Source: Nitrosopumilaceae archaeon
GTDB taxonomy: Archaea > Thermoproteota > Nitrososphaeria > Nitrososphaerales > Nitrosopumilaceae
Length of the DNA: 64,000 nt
Reading direction: 5' to 3'
Assembly: GCA_965208905.1 (NCBI GenBank)
Contig: OZ242365.1
Location: 800,001 to 864,000, forward strand
Numbering within the stretch: position 1 is the first letter of the stretch; each line of letters starts with the position of its first letter. The notes under the pieces were generated by a model. The model saw nothing but the letters and a program-made list of their open reading frames with translations, was not told where the DNA came from and searched no databases. The position numbers were made by a program, and so were the translations under genes. Below, in pieces: positions 1 to 10,430 of the stretch.

Positions 1-16
1 TATGCCTGTTTGATTC

Positions 17-1354
17 ATGGGTAAATTATTTGGGACAAACGGCGTCCGCGGTGTCTTTGGCGAGGACTTTACACTAGATATGGTACATGATCTCACACTG
101 GCGATGGCAAAATACTTTGGTCGGGGTCCAATATTGGTGGGTCGTGATGGGCGCCACACAAGTGATATGGTATCCAAGGTGGTCCGCTCGACACTAAATT
201 ATGCAGGTCTTGATACTGCTGATGCGGGCCTTGTTCCCACCCCGTGCCTTGAGTACTGCGTAAAGCATCTAAAGTATGCTGGCGGCGTAATGGTTACCGC
301 ATCACATAATCCCCCCGAATATAACGGATTAAAACCGGTAGCATCTGATGGTGTTGAAGTATCGCGTCACGACGAGCATATCATTGAAGAGAATTATTTT
401 AATTCCACAAATAGACAGAGTGGACCAAAGTTCGGCACTGACATCCCTGAGGATAGGACCATCTCTACTTATGTGAGTGGTATACTGAATCATCTTGATA
501 CTGATGCCATAAGACAGAAAAACTATACAGTAGTGCTGGACATGGGCAATGGTGCACAGGCGGTCACAGCACCACTCTTATGCAAAAGTCTTAACTGCAA
601 TATAATACCGATACACGATACAGTTCATGGTGACTTTCCTGGCAGGGGGTCTGAGCCAACACCAGAAAATCTTCAAGACTTATCGCATACTGTCAAGAGA
701 AACAACGCAGACATTGGTGTGGCATTTGATGGAGATGGAGATCGTAGCATAATATGCGATGAGAATGGCTCCATACTGACCGGTGATAGATCTGCGCTAT
801 TTCTACTAGATTATATTTTACAAAGACAACCAAATTCCACAGTAGTCACATGCTTGAATTCTGCTCATGCCGTTGAGACGCTAGCAGAACAATATGACTC
901 GAATGTTATTCGTACTAGGGTGGGTAGCGTGGAGGTCTCACGTCGTATGGTTGATGTTGGCGCGCTTGTGGGATTCGAAGAGAATGGCGGTTTTATGTTT
1001 GGTGCCCATAACCAGGTTAGAGATGGCTTAATGACGTTATCTCTGGCATTGTCTGCACTGGCATCTTCAAATAACACAATATCTGCAAACATCTCTAAAC
1101 TACCTTTATCATTTACAACCAAAGAGAAGGTTCATTGCACTCCTGAAGAGTCTGCTCAAATTCTAGAAAAATTACACAATATGCATCCAGAAGCAGATCG
1201 CACAGACGGCATAAAGATAATACTAAAACCCGACACATGGATAATGGTGCGGCCTAGCGGTACAGAGCCCTTGGTTCGCATATATGCCGAGGCCCCATCA
1301 TCAACAGAGTTGAGCAGTATAATCTCAAAATATATCCATGTCATAAAAAGTTAA
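17..1354 (+). CDS. glmM: Phosphoglucosamine mutase / phosphomannomutase (alpha-D-phosphohexomutase)
   Basis: LFGTNGVRG N-terminus, TASHNP phosphoserine loop, DGDGDR metal loop, VRPSGTEP motif. Confidence 0.85.
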   Translation: MGKLFGTNGVRGVFGEDFTLDMVHDLTLAMAKYFGRGPILVGRDGRHTSDMVSKVVRSTLNYAGLDTADAGLVPTPCLEYCVKHLKYAGGVMVTASHNPPEYNGLKPVASDGVEVSRHDEHIIEENYFNSTNRQSGPKFGTDIPEDRTISTYVSGILNHLDTDAIRQKNYTVVLDMGNGAQAVTAPLLCKSLNCNIIPIHDTVHGDFPGRGSEPTPENLQDLSHTVKRNNADIGVAFDGDGDRSIICDENGSILTGDRSALFLLDYILQRQPNSTVVTCLNSAHAVETLAEQYDSNVIRTRVGSVEVSRRMVDVGALVGFEENGGFMFGAHNQVRDGLMTLSLALSALASSNNTISANISKLPLSFTTKEKVHCTPEESAQILEKLHNMHPEADRTDGIKIILKPDTWIMVRPSGTEPLVRIYAEAPSSTELSSIISKYIHVIKS

Positions 1355-1383
1355 AATTTAGCTTATTCGCCATACAATGTATA

Positions 1384-1776
1384 ATGGGAGACGAACCAAA
1401 AGACTCCAAAGAGCCTGACAAACAAGAGGATGATACTCCTGAAGAGTTTATACGACCAGCGTATACGCCTCAGGAAATAGCTGAAATAGATAAGCGCGTC
1501 GAGCAGTTCAAAGATGAGACCCCTGATTATAACCCGCAAAATATACTGAGTCCCGAGTATAATGGCACATCAAACTACGAAGCTGGCATACTCTTGGTCC
1601 GTCAAGAGACCGAAGATCGACTGCGAGCCTTAAAACAGAATCCGAATACCAATAAGCAAGAGCTGTTTCGAGCTAATGAGGATCTAAAGACACTGGATCA
1701 TTTATATGAAAACTATAACATCGGCATGAATGTCTTTCGCACGGCGCATGGTGGCCGCGCCAAACTTCGTAAATGA
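1384..1776 (+). CDS. Hypothetical acidic protein
   Basis: 130-aa ORF filling the gap between glmM and the carboxylase operon; no recognisable motif. Confidence 0.7.
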   Translation: MGDEPKDSKEPDKQEDDTPEEFIRPAYTPQEIAEIDKRVEQFKDETPDYNPQNILSPEYNGTSNYEAGILLVRQETEDRLRALKQNPNTNKQELFRANEDLKTLDHLYENYNIGMNVFRTAHGGRAKLRK

Positions 1777-1836
1777 CTGTACTCAAATTTGGTGATAAAA
1801 AAAATCTATATATGATGCAGTATGAGAAATTGTGCA

Positions 1837-3384
1837 TTGCATGCAGATAAGATGGATGAGTTCAAGCGCAATACGGAAACTTCTCTACTAGGTGGTGGCA
1901 CAAAACGTATTGATGCGCAACACGGCAAGGGAAAACTGACTGCCCGCGAACGCATAACACTACTACTAGATGGAAATTCATTTGTTGAGGTAGACTCCAT
2001 GGTTACCCACCATTACCATGAGTTTGACATGCAGAAACGCCTCCACTATAACGATGGTGTGGTTGGGGGATATGGAACAATCAATAATAGACAAGTCTTT
2101 GTCTTTGCATATGACTTTACAGTATTGGGCGGAACATTAAGCCAGATGGGTGCCAAAAAAATCACTAAATTAATGGATCATGCAATTAGAACCGGATGCC
2201 CCATTATTGGAATAATGGACTCGGGAGGAGCACGAATACAGGAAGGCATAATGAGTCTGGATGGCTTTGCAGATATATTCTATCACAATCAGACGGCATC
2301 TGGTGTCATTCCTCAGATAACTGCCAGTATAGGTCCATCTGCTGGAGGCTCAGTATACTCTCCGGCGATGACCGACTTTATAGTGATGGTTGAAAAAGTT
2401 GGCTCGATGTTTGTTACAGGTCCTGATGTGGTAAAGACGGTACTTGGCGAGGAGATAAGCTTTGATGAGTTGGGCGGTGCCATGGCGCACGGTACAAAGA
2501 GTGGAGTTGCCCACTTTGTTGCCCAGAACGAGTATGAATGCTTTGACTGTATACGGGATTTACTCTCGTATATGCCCCAGAACAACTCTCAGATACCACC
2601 TTCCATATCTGTAAGTGATGATCCCAACAGGACCAATCCGGATATGCTCTCTTTGATACCTGCAAACCCCTTACAGCCATACGATATGAAGGATATAATA
2701 AACGGAGTTGTTGATGATGGAAAGTTCTTTGAGGTGCACAAGCTCTTTGCACAGAATATCGTCGTTGGATTTGCACGGTTGAACGGTATGGCCATAGGGG
2801 TTGTGGCCAACCAGCCAATGTATCTGGCTGGAGCATTGGATATTGACTCATCAAACAAGGCGGCTAGATTCATTAGATTCTGTGACTCGTTCAATATACC
2901 GATTGTGACATTTGTGGATACGCCTGGCTATATGCCCGGTTCAGATCAGGAACACAACGGTATAATCCGTCATGGCAGTAAACTGTTGTACGCATACTGT
3001 GAAGCTACAGTTCCAAAGATAACTCTGGTAATTGGAAAGGCGTATGGTGGTGCCTATATAGCCATGGGCAGTAAGAATCTGCGCACGGATGTGAATTATG
3101 CTTGGCCTACTGCCCGTTGCGCAGTCTTGGGCGCTGAGGCTGCAGTCAAAATCATGAATCGCAAAGACATACAGAACGCCGAAGATCCAGCAAGATTACT
3201 ACAGGAACTCAAAGATAACTTTGAAGAGAAGTTTGACAACCCATATGTGGCCGCATCTCACGGGACTGTTGATGCGGTAATAGACCCGGCGCAGACACGA
3301 CCCATGCTGATAAAGGCACTTACAATGCTATCTAACAAGCGTGATAAGCAATTACCACGAAAACACGGGAACATAAATCTGTGA
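1837..3384 (+). CDS. pccB: Acetyl-/propionyl-CoA carboxylase, carboxyltransferase subunit (3HP/4HB cycle)
   Basis: GKLTARERI, DSGGARIQEG, DTPGY..G..QEH.GIIRHG, RKHGNINL; start probably TTG at 1837 (ORF track starts at 1822). Confidence 0.93.
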   Translation: MHADKMDEFKRNTETSLLGGGTKRIDAQHGKGKLTARERITLLLDGNSFVEVDSMVTHHYHEFDMQKRLHYNDGVVGGYGTINNRQVFVFAYDFTVLGGTLSQMGAKKITKLMDHAIRTGCPIIGIMDSGGARIQEGIMSLDGFADIFYHNQTASGVIPQITASIGPSAGGSVYSPAMTDFIVMVEKVGSMFVTGPDVVKTVLGEEISFDELGGAMAHGTKSGVAHFVAQNEYECFDCIRDLLSYMPQNNSQIPPSISVSDDPNRTNPDMLSLIPANPLQPYDMKDIINGVVDDGKFFEVHKLFAQNIVVGFARLNGMAIGVVANQPMYLAGALDIDSSNKAARFIRFCDSFNIPIVTFVDTPGYMPGSDQEHNGIIRHGSKLLYAYCEATVPKITLVIGKAYGGAYIAMGSKNLRTDVNYAWPTARCAVLGAEAAVKIMNRKDIQNAEDPARLLQELKDNFEEKFDNPYVAASHGTVDAVIDPAQTRPMLIKALTMLSNKRDKQLPRKHGNINL

Positions 3385-3390
3385 TTTGAC

Positions 3391-4866
3391 ATGATAGAGA
3401 AGATTCTGGTGGCAAACCGGGGCGAAATCGCACTTCGAGTTATGCGTACCTGCAAGGCATTAGGAATAAAGTCTGTAGCGGTCTTCTCGGATGAGGATAG
3501 AGACTCACTCCATGTCAAAAAGGCAGACGAATCATATCATATAGGTGAGGCGGCCCCGGCACGTTCATACCTGAACCAAAACAGAATACTTGGCGCAATA
3601 AAAAAGTCGGGTGCCGATGCAGTACATCCCGGATATGGATTTCTGTCTGAGAATGATGAGTTTGCTACCCTGTGTGAGAGGAATAATGTCAACTTTATAG
3701 GCCCAACTGCAACATCAATGAACCTCTGTGGTGACAAGATGCGTTGCAAGGCTGCAATGCTGGATGCTGGAGTTCCCACAGTACCTGGCAGCCCGGGTCT
3801 TGTAAAGGATGCTGATGAAGCCGCAGATATTGCTGCCGAGATAGGCTATCCTGTACTGTTAAAGTCAGTATATGGTGGTGGTGGCCGGGGTATACGGTTG
3901 GTGAATAGCGATTCAGAACTCCGTAATGCCTTTGAGTCTGTAACCGGCGAGTCCATAGCTGCTGTGGGCAAGTCTGCAATTTTAGTGGAAAAATTTCTCC
4001 AAAAGACTCGACACATAGAGTATCAGATGGCCAGAGATGATGGCGGTAACGGCGTACATCTCTTTGAGCGAGAGTGCTCCATACAGCGACGTAACCAAAA
4101 ACTCATAGAACAGACACCCTCACCAGTGGTGGACTCTGAGACTCGCAAAATCGTGGGTGAGTTGGTGGTCAAGGCCTCTGAAGCAGTTGGATACACCAAT
4201 TTGGGAACTGCCGAGTTTCTTAGGGCGGACACTGGCGAGTTCTACTTTATAGAGATAAATGCGCGCCTTCAGGTGGAGCATCCCATAACTGAGATGGTAT
4301 CGGGTCTGGACTTGGTGAAACTTCAGATAGATATTGCCAATGGCGAACCCTTACCATTTGCGCAAGATGATCTACACATGAACGGCTATGCCATAGAGTG
4401 TCGTATAAACGCCGAAGATACATTTTTGGACTTTGCACCATCCACTGGTGCGGTACCTCGAGTGGTCCTGCCTCATGGCCCTGGTGTGCGTTGCGATACC
4501 TATCTTTATCCTGGCTGTACAGTATCACCGTTCTATGACTCTCTGATGGCAAAACTGTGCACATGGGGTGAGACGTTCGAACAATCTCGCACTCGTATGT
4601 TGGTGGCACTTGATGACTTTTACATAAGCGGTGTCCAAACGTCTATACCGCTTTACAAGTCAATTTTGAATACACCAGAATATATGGATGGTGCACTCAG
4701 TACTGACTTTTTAAAACGATATGATATTATAAATCGGCATCGGCAAGACCTAAAACGCGAGAACCAAGAGCTGGCCATCCCTGCATTGGCAGCGGCAGCA
4801 CTAAAGGGAAGACATCATGCAAGTACCATAAAACCTACAAAATCACCAGGCTGGGGGAGTCTATAA
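3391..4866 (+). CDS. accC: Biotin carboxylase subunit
   Basis: ILVANRGEIA, HPGYGFLSEN, GGGGRG, ECSIQRRNQK, EINARLQVEH. Confidence 0.95.
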   Translation: MIEKILVANRGEIALRVMRTCKALGIKSVAVFSDEDRDSLHVKKADESYHIGEAAPARSYLNQNRILGAIKKSGADAVHPGYGFLSENDEFATLCERNNVNFIGPTATSMNLCGDKMRCKAAMLDAGVPTVPGSPGLVKDADEAADIAAEIGYPVLLKSVYGGGGRGIRLVNSDSELRNAFESVTGESIAAVGKSAILVEKFLQKTRHIEYQMARDDGGNGVHLFERECSIQRRNQKLIEQTPSPVVDSETRKIVGELVVKASEAVGYTNLGTAEFLRADTGEFYFIEINARLQVEHPITEMVSGLDLVKLQIDIANGEPLPFAQDDLHMNGYAIECRINAEDTFLDFAPSTGAVPRVVLPHGPGVRCDTYLYPGCTVSPFYDSLMAKLCTWGETFEQSRTRMLVALDDFYISGVQTSIPLYKSILNTPEYMDGALSTDFLKRYDIINRHRQDLKRENQELAIPALAAAALKGRHHASTIKPTKSPGWGSL

Positions 4867-4867
4867 G

Positions 4868-5359
4868 ATGGACTATATGATAGATGATGTAAAGCATTCT
4901 GTTGTATCTGTTGATCATAATACATTAATGATAGATAATACCACGTATGATATCAGTATAATATCGATTAACCCAGATGGGATTGAGTTTCTCTTGGATA
5001 AGCAATACTTTCAGGTGATTTATGCAGAAGAGTCCCGGGGTCAGATGGTTGTTCATGTGAACGGTTCTCCTGTAACACTCAAACTGCACACGGGTCTTGA
5101 TGATATTGTGTACATGAATTCGGGCGGAGCCAGTGCTGCCATGACCAACTCTGCTCTACAAAGCCAGATACCTGGCAAAGTGGTATCCATTGCTGTTGCG
5201 GTAAATGATGAGGTATCGGAGGGTGACACCATCTGCGTTCTGGAATCTATGAAGATGCAGGTATCTGTAAAAGCGCACACATCCGGTAGTGTCAAATCTA
5301 TACGGGTAAAGGTTGGCTCAAGCGTCGCCAAGGGCGATATGATAGCGGAAATAGAATAA
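4868..5359 (+). CDS. accB: Biotin carboxyl carrier protein
   Basis: C-terminal biotinyl domain with ESMKM biotinylation motif; operonic with accC. Confidence 0.92.
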   Translation: MDYMIDDVKHSVVSVDHNTLMIDNTTYDISIISINPDGIEFLLDKQYFQVIYAEESRGQMVVHVNGSPVTLKLHTGLDDIVYMNSGGASAAMTNSALQSQIPGKVVSIAVAVNDEVSEGDTICVLESMKMQVSVKAHTSGSVKSIRVKVGSSVAKGDMIAEIE

Positions 5360-5364
5360 AAAAA

Positions 5365-5832
5365 CTACTTTTGAAGATGTGATGTAATCTCATTGTAATT
5401 GGGCTCTTTTAGTGGACTATCTGAGACCCATCTGTATGTGACTGTACCTTCTTCATCTACGATAAAGACGCTGCGTTTTGCTGCGTTATACCCTTTCACA
5501 TGTAACAAGTCTGGCATCAATATGTCATAATCTCGTATGGTCTTACTGGTATAGTCTCCTAGTACCGGAAATGTCAACTTGTGCTCTGCTGCAAATGCTT
5601 TGTTGGCAAATGGGCCATCATTACTTATGCCGATTACTTGCGCATTCATATTTGATAACTCATCCCATGAGTCGCGGAACGTGCACATCTCTTTCTCACA
5701 TACTGGCGAGCTGGCAGCCACAAAGAAGGCTAAAACTACCTTTTTTCCTCGGAACTCTTGTAGTGTTCGCATCTTTAGTTCTGTATCCACCAGCTCAAAG
5801 TCTGGCGCCTTATCTCCTACGTTTAGTGTCAT
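5365..5832 (-). CDS. Peroxiredoxin (BCP/AhpC-TSA family)
   Basis: VGDKAPDFEL, PVCEKEMC active-site region; likely start ATG 5832. Confidence 0.88.
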   Translation of the reverse strand: MTLNVGDKAPDFELVDTELKMRTLQEFRGKKVVLAFFVAASSPVCEKEMCTFRDSWDELSNMNAQVIGISNDGPFANKAFAAEHKLTFPVLGDYTSKTIRDYDILMPDLLHVKGYNAAKRSVFIVDEEGTVTYRWVSDSPLKEPNYNEITSHLQK

Positions 5833-7202
5833 TGTGTTGCATGTTGCGTTACATATTATGAAGCTTGGCTCCATCGGTTCCTACTGCAAGCACGGGGGTT
5901 CCCGCACCTACAATTACACATCATGCCAGAGGACGACAATGCATGAAGCATCTCGTTCCCCGGTCCGTGCTTGACGCTTCCCAGGGGAGCTAACGCAAGA
6001 ACCCTCCACGTCCAGACACCTCTTGTACAATGGGTGCTGCCGGTGTAGTCCGGCAAATTTCGTAACTTTAGTTGGTCATGTATGGCCCCCCGGCCAAGTT
6101 TCTTCAGCCCCATATCTTCTATGTTTGAGCCCGCATTGCAGTCGGCATGATATGTGTAGCCACACTTCCTGCACAAGAACTTTCTGCCATCCCGGTTGTC
6201 CTCATGCATATAGCCGCACGAGCAGCACCGCTGACTTGTATATGCTGCCGCAACCCAAACTATCTCGCCAGCCAACTTGTACTCCAATAGAGCAGCGAGC
6301 AGCCTCCAACACTGCTCCAGAATGGCCTTGTTCAGCCCAGACTTCTGCGCAACGTTTTTGCCGGGTTCTTCTTCCGTGCCTTTGGCGGACTGTACCATGT
6401 TTTGTATGGGAAGTTTCTCAAGGGCTGCATGTGTGGCGCTGTTAGATATAATGCGTGATATCTTATGCGTGATGGTCTTTCGCATGTTTGCCACCTTGCG
6501 TTTGTTCTTGGCGGCACGTTTGGCGGCTTTCGCCCACCGTCGGGAGCCGGGCTTGCGATTCGTATGCTCCGGCTTCTGCCTGTATGATGCTATCTTTTGC
6601 GCCTTTGAGGCCGTCTTCTCGGCGTTGTTCATGCGGCGTGCCACCTTTTCAGGTATAATTATTACCCAGTCAGGTGTGGTCACATTACCGACATTCCGGT
6701 CTATGCCAATAATAGTCGGTTCCGTCACAACTGGCTCCTCATCAGGTATATTACAAGATATGGTAATTCTCCACCCGCCATCCGGTAGTTGAAACCGTTG
6801 TGCAGTCTTGTATCGGTAATTCAAGACGGGAAACTCCCGCGACAATTTAATCTCGCCCATCTTGGCTATCCTGATTGTACGTGTATCAGTGAAGTGCGCC
6901 TGACCAGTAGTGTTATCATGCGTTATCGTCAACGGGATGGAGATATGACTTCCATGTTTCTTAAAGTGCGGCTCACCAAACTCTACCTTAGGTTCGAGGC
7001 CAGCAGCCTTCAACCTCTCTGTCTCCACATATTGGTCATAATGCCTGCCCAGATCATATAATATTTGGCGCGTCACCCCGGATATGGACTGACTCATCCA
7101 ACGCGGACCCGAACGGTTGCGCAAGTCCGTATATCAGGCGTTTATTCTACCGCGCGTAGTGTTGACCCTCCCAACTCGACGGTACTCTTCCTTGAAGATT
7201 TC

Positions 7203-8246
7203 TGTATTATGTCGAAATTATTTCGCCTAGTCATCGGTGTCCCTCTCCATCCATTCTAAGTCACTCTTCCTGACATCATCTGGTACTTTTTTGTTGTGAA
7301 ATGCCTGTAGCGGGGTCTCGCCATTGTTTATGTCTAAAGACCAGTGCAGTCGCACCTCGTTGTAGTACGCGACAAACTCCGCTAGGCTGCCAAAATGACA
7401 TAGTTCTTCTTCCAAGGTGCGGTGGAACCGTTCAAGCTTGCCGTTTGTTTGTGGGTGGTAGGGGCGGGTGTTGATCAACTCAATACCCCGGTCAAGCAGC
7501 TCTGCCTCAAATATAGTGGGGGTCCATGATTTTGCAGGAATCTTTCTTCTCACACCCACAAAGCACGATCCGTTGTCGGAGAGTATGGTGGCCGGGGTTC
7601 CAAACTCAACAATGCTATTTTGCAGGACTGTTACCGCGTTCTCGGATGTGGCCCCCTTGAATATCATGGCTCCAACCACACATCTTGACGCATCATCAAG
7701 ATATGTGATTAATTGGTAGCCTTGAAAACGTGGATCTTTCATCGCATGCCAGTCCGTATGCCACATCGCATTGGAGTATCTGCGCTCATAGCGTATCCAT
7801 TTACGCCTGCGCGATTTTGCTGCAGATAGAGTGACCATATTGTTTTCTTTCATGATTGTGTATACCGTTTTTTCACTTATTTGTATGCCCTTGTGATTTA
7901 AGTACTTGGTGATCCTTGTGACGCCTGCTGGCATTATACGATGTGCTGCTAGTACGACGTTGGTTTGCTCCTCGGTGGGAGGAATCTTGGGTCTGCCTGG
8001 CATTTGTAGTGTGGGAATCTTGCCCGTTGCACGATACATTGCCCAGAGTTGTTGTACGCGTCTCTGGCTAATCTTCATCTCTGTAGCAATGTGTGATGTA
8101 CTACTACCTTTCCTGCATTGTCGAATGATATAATCTATCTGCTTCTGTGTCAGATTGACTCTCATGGGTTTGCGTGATCTATATAGACTAAAATATTCTT
8201 TGGTTGGCAGTCTAAAGTTAGGGCGAACTAATTTCCGCACAATAGA
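7203..8246 (-). mobile_element. IS481-family insertion sequence (variant A), 1044 bp
   Basis: Imperfect 25-bp TIRs TGTATTATGTCGAAATTATTTCGCC / TCTATTGTGCGGAAATTAGTTCGCC; 15-bp direct repeat TTCCTTGAAGATTTC at 7188-7202 and 8247-8261. Confidence 0.93.
7227..8210 (-). CDS. IS481-family DDE transposase (rve integrase core)
   Basis: HTH, then WHTD / SDNG / PQTNGKLERFH; start CTG 8210 or ATG 8165. Confidence 0.9.
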   Translation of the reverse strand: MPTKEYFSLYRSRKPMRVNLTQKQIDYIIRQCRKGSSTSHIATEMKISQRRVQQLWAMYRATGKIPTLQMPGRPKIPPTEEQTNVVLAAHRIMPAGVTRITKYLNHKGIQISEKTVYTIMKENNMVTLSAAKSRRRKWIRYERRYSNAMWHTDWHAMKDPRFQGYQLITYLDDASRCVVGAMIFKGATSENAVTVLQNSIVEFGTPATILSDNGSCFVGVRRKIPAKSWTPTIFEAELLDRGIELINTRPYHPQTNGKLERFHRTLEEELCHFGSLAEFVAYYNEVRLHWSLDINNGETPLQAFHNKKVPDDVRKSDLEWMERDTDD

Positions 8247-8560
8247 TTCCTTGAAGATTTCCAATAGTTTGTTATACCCATACCTATCCAAGCCGGCCTG
8301 TCCAGCCAACATCCCCTCCTTGAACCCCTTACGGAATCTAACTCTAAATGTATATGTGCGTAACGCCATTAATGTATAGTACGGTCCACACACTTAAAAA
8401 GATAATTGATTATACAGAACCCGACTTTGCGGGAGGAACCAGTTCACGTAATAATAGCGAGGTTAGTATACGTAGGAATACAGTCAGACAAGATTATGGA
8501 CAGTTTGCCTGATGAATTCGAAGGCATGTCGCCAAAACATCACACCTCAAGTCTGGACTC

Positions 8561-8935
8561 TTAGGCTACCTGTTCTACTTGCCAGTCATCGTTTACCCAT
8601 ATGCCGATAACCTCTTTGCCTGACATGTTCTCCCACGATTTTACGACTGATACGGCTTTTTTAATGTCTTGTATGTGTTGCTCATCACTGACAGGATGAC
8701 CAGCACAGTCATAATGCCCAGATATCACTATTGTAGATGAGCCATGGGCATTTACAGATATGGCTACCATATGTTTGATCAGCTCTATGTGTGGCCCACC
8801 TTTCCCTACAAGTACACCGTCCACCCCAGGCTGTGTTACGACATCCACATGTTGCACATTGAACTTTTCTGTGATCCATTTGCGAATAGGCTCTTGTATG
8901 CGCCCATCCATGCAAGATATCGATGTACCAAACAT
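8561..8935 (-). CDS. Putative small beta-class-like carbonic anhydrase
   Basis: CMDGR and GHYDCAG match the CxDxR...HxxC zinc-ligand pattern of beta-CAs. Confidence 0.65.
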   Translation of the reverse strand: MFGTSISCMDGRIQEPIRKWITEKFNVQHVDVVTQPGVDGVLVGKGGPHIELIKHMVAISVNAHGSSTIVISGHYDCAGHPVSDEQHIQDIKKAVSVVKSWENMSGKEVIGIWVNDDWQVEQVA

Positions 8936-9034
8936 CTATTTGGCACTTTTTGTACGGTTTATTTAATGTTGTAGTTTTTACAACTTTGTTATTAGACGAT
9001 ATAGCCGCATAACTTTTTATAGCAAATTTCAAAT

Positions 9035-9421
9035 TTGAGATCTAGATTGGTAGGAGAACTGGCAGGAAACTATGGCAACATACTATTGATGTTTGGTTTT
9101 GCAGTGGTTGCTGTTGGTCCTGCATTGATAATATCCAGAATGATATCTCCCCGTAAACGTAGCAATCCAGTCAAGTTTCTACCCATGGAGTGTGGACAGG
9201 TACCCAAGGGCGAAGGCCGTACCCACTTTATGATGCAATACTATGCATATATACTGATGTTCGTTGTATTTGATGTAATGGCGATATTCCTGTACGCTTG
9301 GGGCGGTTCCATACTGATGTTGCCTAAATCTGCCACACTACCACTGATTGCATTTTTGGGTATAATGTTTGCCGCCATGGCGTTTGCATTATATCAGTCT
9401 CAAAGGAGGAATATATGGTAA
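9035..9421 (+). CDS. nuoA: NADH-quinone oxidoreductase subunit A
   Basis: PMECG, FVVFDV; first gene of operon; exact start uncertain. Confidence 0.9.
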   Translation: MRSRLVGELAGNYGNILLMFGFAVVAVGPALIISRMISPRKRSNPVKFLPMECGQVPKGEGRTHFMMQYYAYILMFVVFDVMAIFLYAWGGSILMLPKSATLPLIAFLGIMFAAMAFALYQSQRRNIW

Positions 9422-9945
9422 TGATTCGAGAGTTGTTGACACCACATAATGCTAATGTATTTGTTGGTAAGTTGGGAGATCTTTTAGAGAAGGCAATTGA
9501 TCAGCCTCTGGGCTACGCAATAAACTGGGGCCGCATATGGTCATTATGGCCCGTCCATATAGAGACGGCCTGCTGTAGTGTAGAGTTTGGCGCCGCATCA
9601 AGTCCTAGATATGATGTTGAACGATTCGGTATAATAGAGGCATTTGGGTCACTGCGTCAGTGTGATCTGATAGTAGTACAAGGTACAATAACCCGCAAGA
9701 TGGCGCCCCGGCTCAGACTAGTATATGATCAGATGCCCGAACCAAAGTACGTCATAGCCATGGGTGCTTGCGCAATCACAGGCGGATTATACTTTGACTC
9801 TTATAACGTCCTACCGGGAATAGATGGCGTCCTACCTGTGGATATCTACGTACCCGGATGCCCACCAAGACCCGAGACACTAATACAAGGATGTATGTTA
9901 CTACAGGAGAAGATGAAGCGAATGAAGGCGAGGAAGTACGTCTAA
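9415..9945 (+). CDS. nuoB: Complex I subunit B
   Basis: ACCSVE, YDQMPEPKYVIAMGAC, YVPGCPPRPE. Confidence 0.95.
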   Translation: MVMIRELLTPHNANVFVGKLGDLLEKAIDQPLGYAINWGRIWSLWPVHIETACCSVEFGAASSPRYDVERFGIIEAFGSLRQCDLIVVQGTITRKMAPRLRLVYDQMPEPKYVIAMGACAITGGLYFDSYNVLPGIDGVLPVDIYVPGCPPRPETLIQGCMLLQEKMKRMKARKYV

Positions 9946-10430
9946 TGAGCACTCCTGTGCCTACAGCCCAACCGTTCTTGGAGAAGTTTCCAGACGCGAC
10001 CATAATATCTGATGATGTGGACCGCCCTGCAATCTTAGTTCCAAAGGAGCATATAATAGACGCTGCAACACTTGCCAAAGAGATGGGCTTTGATCATGCC
10101 GAGTCTGTATCGGGTGTGGACTTCCCAAACGATAATCAGATAGAGGTCGTATATCATCTAGGCTCGTATACAAACGAGAACCTGACAAAGTGTGTTCTGG
10201 CACTGGCCACACGAGCTCCCCGGGAAGATGACCCTAGGCCCGGCCAAGACTCTACACGACTACCCACACTGCGGGAGGTATTCTATTCAGTTGAGTTTCA
10301 TGAGCGTGAGATATTTGAGATGTTTGGCGTATACTTTGAAGGCCATCCGGACAACCGTCGCCTTCTACTCCCCGAAGACTGGGCAGACTTGCCTCCCATG
10401 CGTAAAGACTTTGCTATAAAGGGTCGCTGA
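9945..10430 (+). CDS. nuoC: Complex I subunit C
   Basis: EREIFEMFGVYFEGHPDNRRLLL, PMRKDF; start at TAATG overlap 9945. Confidence 0.92.
   Translation: MSTPVPTAQPFLEKFPDATIISDDVDRPAILVPKEHIIDAATLAKEMGFDHAESVSGVDFPNDNQIEVVYHLGSYTNENLTKCVLALATRAPREDDPRPGQDSTRLPTLREVFYSVEFHEREIFEMFGVYFEGHPDNRRLLLPEDWADLPPMRKDFAIKGR

Larger units (their letters stand above)
5856..8369 (-). pseudogene. tnpB: TnpB (IS200/IS605/IS607 OrfB-like RNA-guided nuclease), disrupted
   Basis: N-terminus MALRTYTFRV...RYGYNKLL (8369-8247) rejoins EEYRR... below 7187 after IS removal; in-frame TGA at 7134-7136; RuvC motifs IIGIDRN / ALEKL / [10 protein letters not shown] and a CxxC-CxxC zinc finger. Confidence 0.88.
5876..8440 (-). 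mobile_element. TnpB-carrying non-autonomous element 1 with inverted termini, interrupted by IS481
   Basis: Ends GGTTCCTACTGCAAGCACGGG (5876) and ACCCGACTTTGCGGGAGGAACC (8419-8440); the latter is identical to 40551-40572. Confidence 0.75.

Noticed and set aside
7134-7136. Selenocysteine or read-through TGA in tnpB
   Set aside because: The gene is already disrupted by IS481; a TGG-to-TGA nonsense mutation is simpler.
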